DNA of 57,269 nucleotides from an uncultured Collinsella sp. (GTDB lineage: Bacteria; Actinomycetota; Coriobacteriia; Coriobacteriales; Coriobacteriaceae): contig CAUEUQ010000001.1 of assembly GCA_959021215.1 (NCBI GenBank), positions 1 through 57,269 of the forward strand, in the 5' to 3' direction. Every line of letters begins with the position of its first letter. The stretch's first letter is position 1. Of the stretch, positions 19,292 to 26,904 are shown in pieces. Position numbers and translations under genes: made by a program. The notes below the pieces were generated by a model, which saw only the letters and a program-made list of their open reading frames with translations, was not told where the DNA came from and searched no databases.

Positions 19292-19443
19292 AAAAGAGGG
19301 CCGGTTTACTACGACAAAATGGCTCCGGCCGACCACGGCGAGTAATCTTCGAAATTAAGAACGCTTCTAGCTGCGGTTTTAATATCACCAAAATGACTGT
19401 TGTTGAGATCATTCAATTCGTCGTAGTAAACCGAAGTACTTTT
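19292..19443. repeat. 152-bp palindromic intergenic element, copy E1
   Basis: AAAA-N6-CGGTTTACTACGAC ... GTCGTAGTAAACCG-N6-TTTT; homologous to 23410-23561. Confidence 0.75.
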
Positions 19444-19640
19444 GTTTGGATACAAATAGTATCGGTATAGACGTTTTTAAATATCGCGATAATTTGGGTG
19501 GTAAAACGATTTTCTAGGACAACCGTTCGCCGATGGTAAACGGATGTTGTTTATACAGCCTGTGTGCAACATATATACTTATATCCTGTGCGTAAAGCCC
19601 ATGGCCCGCAGGCCGTGATTCTATTGAACTGGACCGAATT

Positions 19641-22600
19641 ATGAGATTGATTCACAACAGCCGTCTGCCGCAGTTTCGCACTCCGTTTGGCGCTGTGACC
19701 ACTGGAACTTCCGTTTCGCTCTCGGTGATTTTGGAGGATGCCGACCCCAACCAGGCAACGCTTACGCTGCGCACCTGGGTCGATGAGATCGGTGAGTCTC
19801 TGTATCCCATGACGCACGAGGGCGACGGCATATTTACCGTAGAGCTTGAGTGCGCCGAGCCCTGTCTTATCTGGTACAGCTTTATCTGCAACATCGAGGG
19901 CCAGCCCGAGGTCCGTCTGGGCGCACCGCAGGGTCGCACCGGTGGCGAGGGCGTAACTTACAACTACGCCGAGGTCCCGTCCTTCCAGATCACCGTCTAC
20001 AAGCACCGCGAAGTTCGTCCCGAGTGGTACGAGCGTGGCATGGTCTACCAGATCTTCCCCGACCGATATGCCCGCGACGAAAACTGGCACGAGCGTACGC
20101 TTGCCGAAGTTGAAAAACCGCGCAAAGGAATCCAGCGCCGCATGGTCGAGGACTGGAACGAACCGCCCGAGTACGAGCGTGCCGAAGACGGCTCCATCAA
20201 GACCTGGGATTTTTACGGCGGCTCGCTCAAGGGTATCCAAAATGACCTGCCCCGCATTGCCGAGCTAGGCTTTACGGCCATCTACCTCAACCCAATCTTT
20301 GAGGCCGCGAGTAACCACCGCTACGACACGGCCGACTACACCAAGATCGACCCGATCCTGGGCACCGAGCAGGACTTTACCGAGCTGTGCCAGGCAGCCG
20401 AGAAGCTGGGCATCTCCATCATCCTGGACGGCGTCTTCAACCACACGGGCGACGATTCGATCTATTTCAACCGCTACGGCAACTATCCCGGCGTGGGCGC
20501 TTGGCAGAGCGAGGATTCACCGTGGCGCGATGCGTTTTACTTCCATGAGGACGGTTCGTATGACTGCTGGTGGGGCGTGGGCAACATGCCCGCCATCAAT
20601 GAGAGCTCCGAACTGGTGCGCGAGCGGCTCCTGGGCAAGGACGGCGTGATCCGTAAATGGCTGCGCGCCGGTGCCCATGGCTGGCGACTCGATGTGGCCG
20701 ACGAGCTTTCCGACGACTTCCTGGCCGAGATCAAAAAGGCCGTGCTCGCCGAGAAGCCCGACGCGCTGCTGCTCGGCGAAGTCTGGGAAGACGCCTCCAA
20801 CAAGATCAGCTATGGCCACCTGCGTCGCTATCTGCAGGGCTCGGAGCTCGACTCCGCCATGGACTACCCCTTCCGCGACATGGTCATCGGCTTTTTGATG
20901 GGCTACAAGAACGCCTACCAGGCAGCCGAGGATATCGAAACCCTGCGCGAGAACTACCCACGCGAGGCACTGGCCTGCGCGCTCAATCTGCTTTCGAGCC
21001 ACGACCGCCCGCGCATCATCTCGGTGCTCGGCGGTGGCCCCGACGAGTCGCAGCTGCCCGAGAGCGAGCGCAGCAAATGGCGCCTGGACGATAACTCGAT
21101 GGGCCTGGCCAAGAGCCGTTTTTGGCTGGCGACGCTCATGCAGATGACCTTCCCGGGTGTGCCCTCGATCTATTATGGCGACGAGTACGGCCTGGAGGGC
21201 CTCACCGATCCGGGCAACCGCCGCACCCTGCCGACCAAAGACCAACTCCACGACTTCGACACACTGGCCATCGTTAAGAACGCGTCTGCCGTGCGCCGTG
21301 CGCTGCCCTTTATGGTCGATGGCGAGATCAAGGCCTTTGCGCTCAACGACGAAGTCTTGGCTTACACCCGCACGGGCAATGACGGCGAAGCCGCGACGGT
21401 TATCATCAACCGCAGCCTGCGCAATTCGCACCGCGTGACGATTCCGGCGCTCGGCGAATGCGCGAGCGACGTGATCAGCGGTCACGAGTGCGAGATCCAC
21501 AACGGTACCGTCACGCTCGACCTGTACCCGCTGGGCTCTTCGATTATCTATCACCATGCCGAGAAGCGCCTGCAGGAGCCGCTCGATCATGGCGCGGGCG
21601 TTGTGTGCCACATCACCTCGGTGCCGACCGATGACGGCAAGCCCGGCACAATCGGTGCGCCCACGCGTCGCTTTATCGACCATCTGGCCGCTATGGGCAT
21701 GCGCTACTGGCAAGTCCTGCCCGTCAACCCCACGGACTTCTTCCGCTCCCCCTACGCCGGCCCCTCGGCCTTTGCAGGCAATATCGACCTGCTGCCTGAG
21801 AGCCACGAGGAACTTGCGGACGACTTTGAGGCTTGGAAGGCCCGTGGCGGCGAAGATGCAGACCCGCTCTACACGGCGTTTAAGCATCGCAACGCCGATT
21901 GGCTCGAGAAGTACTGCGTCTACATGGCCGTTAAGAAGTACTTTGAGGGCGAATCGCGTCACGATTGGCCGGCAGATGTCGCGCGCTACAACGAGCACCT
22001 GATCGATGACAAGCGTTTCCACGACGAGGCTGAACTGCAGGCGTACATGCAGTATCGCTTTGACCTGGCCTGGTGCGAGCTCATGAACTATGCGCACAAG
22101 AAGGGCATCGAGGTCATCGGCGACATTCCCATGTATGTTTCGGACGATTCGACAGACGCATGGAGCGAGCCCGAGAACTTCTGGCTGTCCGATACCGGCA
22201 AGGCGATTGAGGTTTCCGGCGCGCCGCCCGATAATTTTGCGCCCGAGGGTCAGGTGTGGGGCAACCCCACCTTCCGTTGGGATCACATGAAGGAGAACGG
22301 CTATCGCTGGTGGATGGACCGCCTGCGTCGCGCGTTCTCGCTCTACGACCGCGTGCGCCTGGACCACTTCCTGGGATTCCACAGCTACTTTAGCATTCCC
22401 GCAGGCAAGGCCTGCGCCGACGGTCGCTGGCTGGCGGGACCGGGCAAGGATCTGTTCCAGACTGCCTATGACGAGCTGGGGCCGCTCAACTTTATCGCCG
22501 AGGACCTGGGCTACCTGACGCCCGGCGTTCGCGCCATGGCTTCGACCTGCGGCTTCCCCGGTATGGACGTGCTGGAGTTTAGCGATTACGACGTCCGAAA

Positions 22601-22937
22601 CGGCGTGTATCCCACGCCGGGCAAGATTCTGTACACCTCGACGCACGACACGTCGACGCTCGCCGGTTGGTGCACGCGCTCCTTTGCGGGCGGCGACGAG
22701 CCGAGCGGCAAGGAGTTGGCCGGCAAACTGATGGGCGACGCGCTCGCAAGCGACGCTCCCCTGGTGATGATGCCGCTGCAGGACATCCTGGGGCTAGGCG
22801 ACGATGCACGCATGAACGTGCCGGGCGTGGCAACGGGCAACTGGACCTGGAAGGCCGATGAGGCCGACGTTGCGGCCGCCGAGGGCAAAACTGCACAGCT
22901 CCTGCGCAGCACCCATAGATTCTGGGGCGAAGCGTGA
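19641..22937 (+). CDS. malQ: GH13 amylopullulanase/neopullulanase fused to GH77 4-alpha-glucanotransferase
   Basis: YQIFPDR, LDGVFNH, GWRLDVA, GEVWED, SSHD (GH13); WQVLP, GDIPMYV, RLDHF, IAEDLG, THD, RMNVPG..GNW (GH77). Confidence 0.9.
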   Translation: MRLIHNSRLPQFRTPFGAVTTGTSVSLSVILEDADPNQATLTLRTWVDEIGESLYPMTHEGDGIFTVELECAEPCLIWYSFICNIEGQPEVRLGAPQGRTGGEGVTYNYAEVPSFQITVYKHREVRPEWYERGMVYQIFPDRYARDENWHERTLAEVEKPRKGIQRRMVEDWNEPPEYERAEDGSIKTWDFYGGSLKGIQNDLPRIAELGFTAIYLNPIFEAASNHRYDTADYTKIDPILGTEQDFTELCQAAEKLGISIILDGVFNHTGDDSIYFNRYGNYPGVGAWQSEDSPWRDAFYFHEDGSYDCWWGVGNMPAINESSELVRERLLGKDGVIRKWLRAGAHGWRLDVADELSDDFLAEIKKAVLAEKPDALLLGEVWEDASNKISYGHLRRYLQGSELDSAMDYPFRDMVIGFLMGYKNAYQAAEDIETLRENYPREALACALNLLSSHDRPRIISVLGGGPDESQLPESERSKWRLDDNSMGLAKSRFWLATLMQMTFPGVPSIYYGDEYGLEGLTDPGNRRTLPTKDQLHDFDTLAIVKNASAVRRALPFMVDGEIKAFALNDEVLAYTRTGNDGEAATVIINRSLRNSHRVTIPALGECASDVISGHECEIHNGTVTLDLYPLGSSIIYHHAEKRLQEPLDHGAGVVCHITSVPTDDGKPGTIGAPTRRFIDHLAAMGMRYWQVLPVNPTDFFRSPYAGPSAFAGNIDLLPESHEELADDFEAWKARGGEDADPLYTAFKHRNADWLEKYCVYMAVKKYFEGESRHDWPADVARYNEHLIDDKRFHDEAELQAYMQYRFDLAWCELMNYAHKKGIEVIGDIPMYVSDDSTDAWSEPENFWLSDTGKAIEVSGAPPDNFAPEGQVWGNPTFRWDHMKENGYRWWMDRLRRAFSLYDRVRLDHFLGFHSYFSIPAGKACADGRWLAGPGKDLFQTAYDELGPLNFIAEDLGYLTPGVRAMASTCGFPGMDVLEFSDYDVRNGVYPTPGKILYTSTHDTSTLAGWCTRSFAGGDEPSGKELAGKLMGDALASDAPLVMMPLQDILGLGDDARMNVPGVATGNWTWKADEADVAAAEGKTAQLLRSTHRFWGEA

Positions 22938-23025
22938 TAAAACCCCCGATATAGGGTACAGTTACAGCAGTTTGAATTTATGCGGGCAGAGCGATCTGCC
23001 CGCTTTGTGCTGAAAAGGAAGTATT

Positions 23026-23262
23026 ATGGCGCGCTACGATTACAAGTGCTCGAGCTGCGGCAACGTGTTTGAGGTTGAGCATCCCATGTCCGAGACCCCC
23101 GAGGTCGTGTGCCCGAGCTGCGGCGCTCCGGCCTCCAAGACGTTCTCGGCCAGCGGCATCAAGTTTGAGGGCAGCGGTTTCTACAACACCGACCAGCGCA
23201 GCGGTGGTTCCAGCACCAACGCCACAAGCGGCTGCTGCGCCAACTGCCCACATAACCACTAA
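23026..23262 (+). CDS. FmdB-family zinc-ribbon protein
   Basis: YDYKCSSCG..FE, CPSCG, FEGSGFY.TD; AAAGGA RBS. Confidence 0.88.
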   Translation: MARYDYKCSSCGNVFEVEHPMSETPEVVCPSCGAPASKTFSASGIKFEGSGFYNTDQRSGGSSTNATSGCCANCPHNH

Positions 23263-23296
23263 AGACAAACGGTCCCGCCACCCAGGTTTCCTTATG

Positions 23297-23363
23297 AGTT
23301 GCGGTGAAATAGTTCCTGAATCAGCCCATCCAACGGCCAAACAGGAACCATTTCACCGCAACT
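23297..23363. repeat. 67-bp palindromic element, copy 1
   Basis: AGTTGCGGTGAAAT...ATTTCACCGCAACT; 22-bp arms with one mismatch. Confidence 0.85.
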
Positions 23364-23409
23364 TTTCTTTAGATCGGATTTCAGGCTGATGCTAAGTTTG
23401 TAACATTTC

Positions 23410-23561
23410 AAAACTCTGCCGGATTACGGGGCTGAATTGACAGCCTCTATCCATTCCGGTAATTTGCAAATTTCAACAAGCCATCTACCTGCGGTTTTAT
23501 TTAGACCATTTTTGATGTGGTCGGGCATCACCAATCTAGCCCCGTAATCCGCCCTACTTTT
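23410..23561. repeat. 152-bp palindromic intergenic element, copy E2
   Basis: AAAA-N6-CGGATTACGGGGCT ... AGCCCCGTAATCCG-N6-TTTT; same length and internal motif offset as E1. Confidence 0.75.
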
Positions 23562-23637
23562 GATAACAGCAAGTTTGAGACAGGGCTATCCTTCCATTCT
23601 TTACCGCTATTGCGATCTCCACTCGCACGACCTTCTG

Positions 23638-23704
23638 AGTTGCGGTGAAATAAGGACTATTTGGCGGGTAGATGCCGCTATTCAATCCCTATTTCACCGC
23701 AACT
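23638..23704. repeat. 67-bp palindromic element, copy 2
   Basis: AGTTGCGGTGAAATA...TATTTCACCGCAACT. Confidence 0.85.
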
Positions 23705-23710
23705 TAGTAG

Positions 23711-25111
23711 TTACTTGTGGACCAGGCGGGCGCAGAAGTGACCGTCGTAGGAGTCGGCGTTTACGGGGACACTTTGGAAGAGGCCTCGAGGGTTTTGGCG
23801 GAGAGTGACGAGGCTCTTGGCGTGGTCGTACTCGGGGAGCTGCAGAATCTGGGCTTCGGAGAGCGGTGCCACGATAAAGCCGGCGCCCTCGGAAGAGGCC
23901 AGGAAGGCATCCACGACCTGCGTGTTCTCTTCATCAAAAACCGAGCAGGTGGCATAGATAAGCTCACCGCCGGCAGCAACGCGCGCGGCTGCTTCCTTGA
24001 GCATCGTCAGCTGTAGCTTGGGCAGCTCAGTCGTAACGTCGTTCTCGGTCAGACGCCACGGTATCTCGGGATGACGGCGCATGGTGCCGGTGCCAGAGCA
24101 CGGCGCATCGATAAACACCGTGTCGAACAGGGCGGGCTCGCCGAGCATCGCGTCAAAGGACGTGAGCACCTCATTGAGCTCGCAGGCATCGCCCGACACC
24201 GTACGAACACCTGTTATACCCGCCTTATGCAGGCGTGCGAGATTCTGATCGCACTTGCGATCGTGCAGATCGAGCGCGGTATGCTGACGCTCGTACCCGG
24301 CACGCTTGGCCTGGCACATCATCACATAGGTCTTGGTGCCGCGACCGGCTCCAATCTCCAGGCAACGACCGGGACGTGTAGCGGCAGTAGCGATAAGCTG
24401 AGCGTTGAGGTCCGAGGCAACCGCGGCAGCACGCTCAAACACGCCCGATGCAACCGTGACCTGCGCATCGACCGGAGCATGGCAGCCCGGGAAGACAGGT
24501 GCGACGAGCTGCGAGATATACGGGTCGGCCTTGGTCGCAAACGCATTCTCGTGCAGTGCAAGCGGCGCGGGGGCCAGATTACCGGCAAAGTTGAGCGCGC
24601 CCTCGGGCGTATCGAACGAGGCCATAATACGAGCGCACAGCCAACGCGGCAGTCCCATCAGGCGCGACAGACGAACCAAGCGTCGCTCAGACTCATCCAC
24701 ATCGGACGCAGTAGCAAAGTCCTCAACATTGTCCGCAACCTTATGCAGCACAGCATTGGCCAAACCGGCGGCAGACTTAGCTCCGCTGCGCACCAGCTCA
24801 ACACCCTGACTTACGGCAACGCGACCAGGCGTATGCAGGTAAAGCATCTCGAAGGCCGAGATGCGAAGCGCCATGCGAACGCGCGGCGCGACCTTTTTGG
24901 GCTTATCCAAAAACTGATCGAGCAACTCATCCAAAATACCCTGCGTGGCGGCAACACCGAGCGCCAAACGAGCGGCAAAAGCGGAATCGCGCTGGTCAAT
25001 GGACTTGGCGGAAGCGCGGGACGAGAGCACGTCGCGCGCATACATACCGCGGCGATCGGCCTCCATCAACACATCGAGCGCAAGCTTGCGCGCGGGAGAA
25101 AGCTTGCTCAT
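23711..25111 (-). CDS. rsmB: 16S rRNA m5C methyltransferase (NusB-like + RsmB/Sun)
   Basis: N-terminal NusB-like helices, GAGRGTKT, DAPCSGTG, YATCS; ATGA overlap with fmt. Confidence 0.85.
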   Translation of the reverse strand: MSKLSPARKLALDVLMEADRRGMYARDVLSSRASAKSIDQRDSAFAARLALGVAATQGILDELLDQFLDKPKKVAPRVRMALRISAFEMLYLHTPGRVAVSQGVELVRSGAKSAAGLANAVLHKVADNVEDFATASDVDESERRLVRLSRLMGLPRWLCARIMASFDTPEGALNFAGNLAPAPLALHENAFATKADPYISQLVAPVFPGCHAPVDAQVTVASGVFERAAAVASDLNAQLIATAATRPGRCLEIGAGRGTKTYVMMCQAKRAGYERQHTALDLHDRKCDQNLARLHKAGITGVRTVSGDACELNEVLTSFDAMLGEPALFDTVFIDAPCSGTGTMRRHPEIPWRLTENDVTTELPKLQLTMLKEAAARVAAGGELIYATCSVFDEENTQVVDAFLASSEGAGFIVAPLSEAQILQLPEYDHAKSLVTLRQNPRGLFQSVPVNADSYDGHFCARLVHK

Positions 25112-26028
25112 GACAAAACACCCCACGTCAGATCGGCACCCTGCAGGCCGGCAGCCCAGGCAGAAGCAGTCATGGCACGCTTGCCATCGGGCTTAACCTC
25201 GAGCAACTCAACCGAGCCATCGGAAAGACCCAGGTAAACACGCTTGGCCTTAACGTCAACGGCGCCCTCGCCAAGCGACACATCAGCCGGCGCGGCATCG
25301 AGCACGCGAACCGTCTTGCCAGCGATCACACAACGAGCGGGCGCGGTGTCGGACGAAGCGAGCACATGACGCACACAATCAAGCGCCGCCATCTGCGGAT
25401 CCAGACGCATCTCCTGCTTGGAAATCTTGGCAGCATGAGTGACGAGCGACTCATCCTGCTCAGTCCAAACAGCCGAGCCATAAGCAAGCGAGGGAAGCGT
25501 ATCGGCAAGCAACTTACCGCCAAGCTCACCAAGCTCCATCGTGAGCGCATCGGCATGCTTACCGGCAACCGACGTAGAGGCCTGGGCACAATAAGCGCCC
25601 GTATCCACGCCATGTCCAATGCGCATAATGGAAACGCCAGCAACCTCATCACCAGCAAGAATGGCACGCTGAATGGGAGCAGCGCCACGCCAACGAGGCA
25701 GCAAGGACGCATGAACGTTCACGATACCGAGCGGCGCCATATGCAGCACCTCATCAGGCAAAATGCAGCCATAAGCAGCCACACAGAAAATATCAGCCTG
25801 CACAGCCTGGAGCGCCTCAACAACCTCAGGCGTCATACGATTAGCCTCAACAACCGGCAGGCCAAGCTCAAGCGCCTTGGCCTTAACAGGAGACGGCTCC
25901 AGCTTCTTACCACGCCCACGAACAGCATCGGGACGCGTAATAACAAGCGCAATCTCGTTCCCAGCCTCAACAAGCGAAGTCAGCGAAGGCACAGCAAAAT
26001 CAGGCGTACCCATAAACACAATACGCAT
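25108..26028 (-). CDS. fmt: Methionyl-tRNA formyltransferase
   Basis: MRIVFMGTPDFAV, NVHASLLPRWRGAAPIQRAI. Confidence 0.96.
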   Translation of the reverse strand: MRIVFMGTPDFAVPSLTSLVEAGNEIALVITRPDAVRGRGKKLEPSPVKAKALELGLPVVEANRMTPEVVEALQAVQADIFCVAAYGCILPDEVLHMAPLGIVNVHASLLPRWRGAAPIQRAILAGDEVAGVSIMRIGHGVDTGAYCAQASTSVAGKHADALTMELGELGGKLLADTLPSLAYGSAVWTEQDESLVTHAAKISKQEMRLDPQMAALDCVRHVLASSDTAPARCVIAGKTVRVLDAAPADVSLGEGAVDVKAKRVYLGLSDGSVELLEVKPDGKRAMTASAWAAGLQGADLTWGVLS

Positions 26029-26245
26029 AAAGAACGTCTCCCCTCAACCAAAGCCGAGACGGCTACAAACAACAGCGGAAAGCCAAGTACCCAGCCCATC
26101 CGCAATAACAATTCAACAAGAACAAATATACCCAAAACCAAAGAAAGAGCCGCAATAAAAGCAGCTCTTCCAACAAAGCAATTATCAGTGAAGACGCCCA
26201 TCCCTGGCCCGACGGCACCCGGGCGAGACAAGCAGCGTCAACGTA

Positions 26246-26341
26246 GTCCCCGGGGCGCCCGCCTATATCGTCCCGCGCGCAGTTTCGCAGCGCAGCGAGA
26301 ATGTTTGAGCACGGGATGATATAGGCGGGCGCCCCGGGGAC
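26246..26341. repeat. REP-like long hairpin (30-bp arms) between def and fmt
   Basis: GTCCCCGGGGCGCCCGCCTATATCGTCCCG / CGGGATGATATAGGCGGGCGCCCCGGGGAC; GTAG at 26243-26246. Confidence 0.85.
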
Positions 26342-26349
26342 GGACAAAC

Positions 26350-26886
26350 CTACTCCGTCTCGCCCGGTCGAGCGCCGCGGGCTAGGGCGTCCTGGTACTC
26401 CTTGACTGCCTTGATCCTCTGCATCGGCTTGAGTCGCTCGAACATGGTATTGCCGTGCAGGTGATCGATCTCGTGCTGCAGGCACACGCAGAACAGGTCG
26501 CCTGTGGCCTCATAGCGAATCAGGTTGGCATCCAGGTCGTACGCCTCGACGACGACATGGTCGGGACGCTCGATCTCGCAGCTAATACCAGGAATGGAAA
26601 GGCAGCCCTCGCTAAACGGCACCAGATGGTCGCTCTGCTCCACGATCACGGGATTAATGAGCACGTACGGATCGTAGTCGCTCTTGTCGCTGTAGTCGCA
26701 GTCGATGGTGACCAGCTGAATGAGCTCGCCGATCTGCGGGGCAGCCAGGCCGCAGCCGCCGTTCTCGAACATCATCTTCTTCATCTTCTCGGCAAGTGCC
26801 TCGATCGCCGGGGTGATCTCCTCGATGACGGCGCACTCCTGGCGCAGACGAGGGTCAGGCGACAGTACGATTCCGTTGGCTTCCAT
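26350..26886 (-). CDS. def: Peptide deformylase
   Basis: GCGLAAPQIG, EGCLS, QHEIDHLHG; alternative start 26892. Confidence 0.96.
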   Translation of the reverse strand: MEANGIVLSPDPRLRQECAVIEEITPAIEALAEKMKKMMFENGGCGLAAPQIGELIQLVTIDCDYSDKSDYDPYVLINPVIVEQSDHLVPFSEGCLSIPGISCEIERPDHVVVEAYDLDANLIRYEATGDLFCVCLQHEIDHLHGNTMFERLKPMQRIKAVKEYQDALARGARPGETE

Positions 26887-26904
26887 GGCCATCCTTTCGG
26901 GTTG

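Noticed and set aside
19292..19443. Integron attC site interpretation of the 152-bp elements
   Set aside because: No RYYYAAC/GTTRRRY core arrangement, cassette array or integrase; kept only as an analogy
23297..23704. Possible CRISPR array from repeated AGTTGCGGTGAAAT
   Set aside because: Units are inverted pairs rather than regularly spaced direct repeats; no cas genes
25980..26231. 83-aa membrane-like ORF upstream of fmt
   Set aside because: Hydrophobicity follows from the T/G-rich minus-strand skew; it overlaps the fmt start and has no clear RBS
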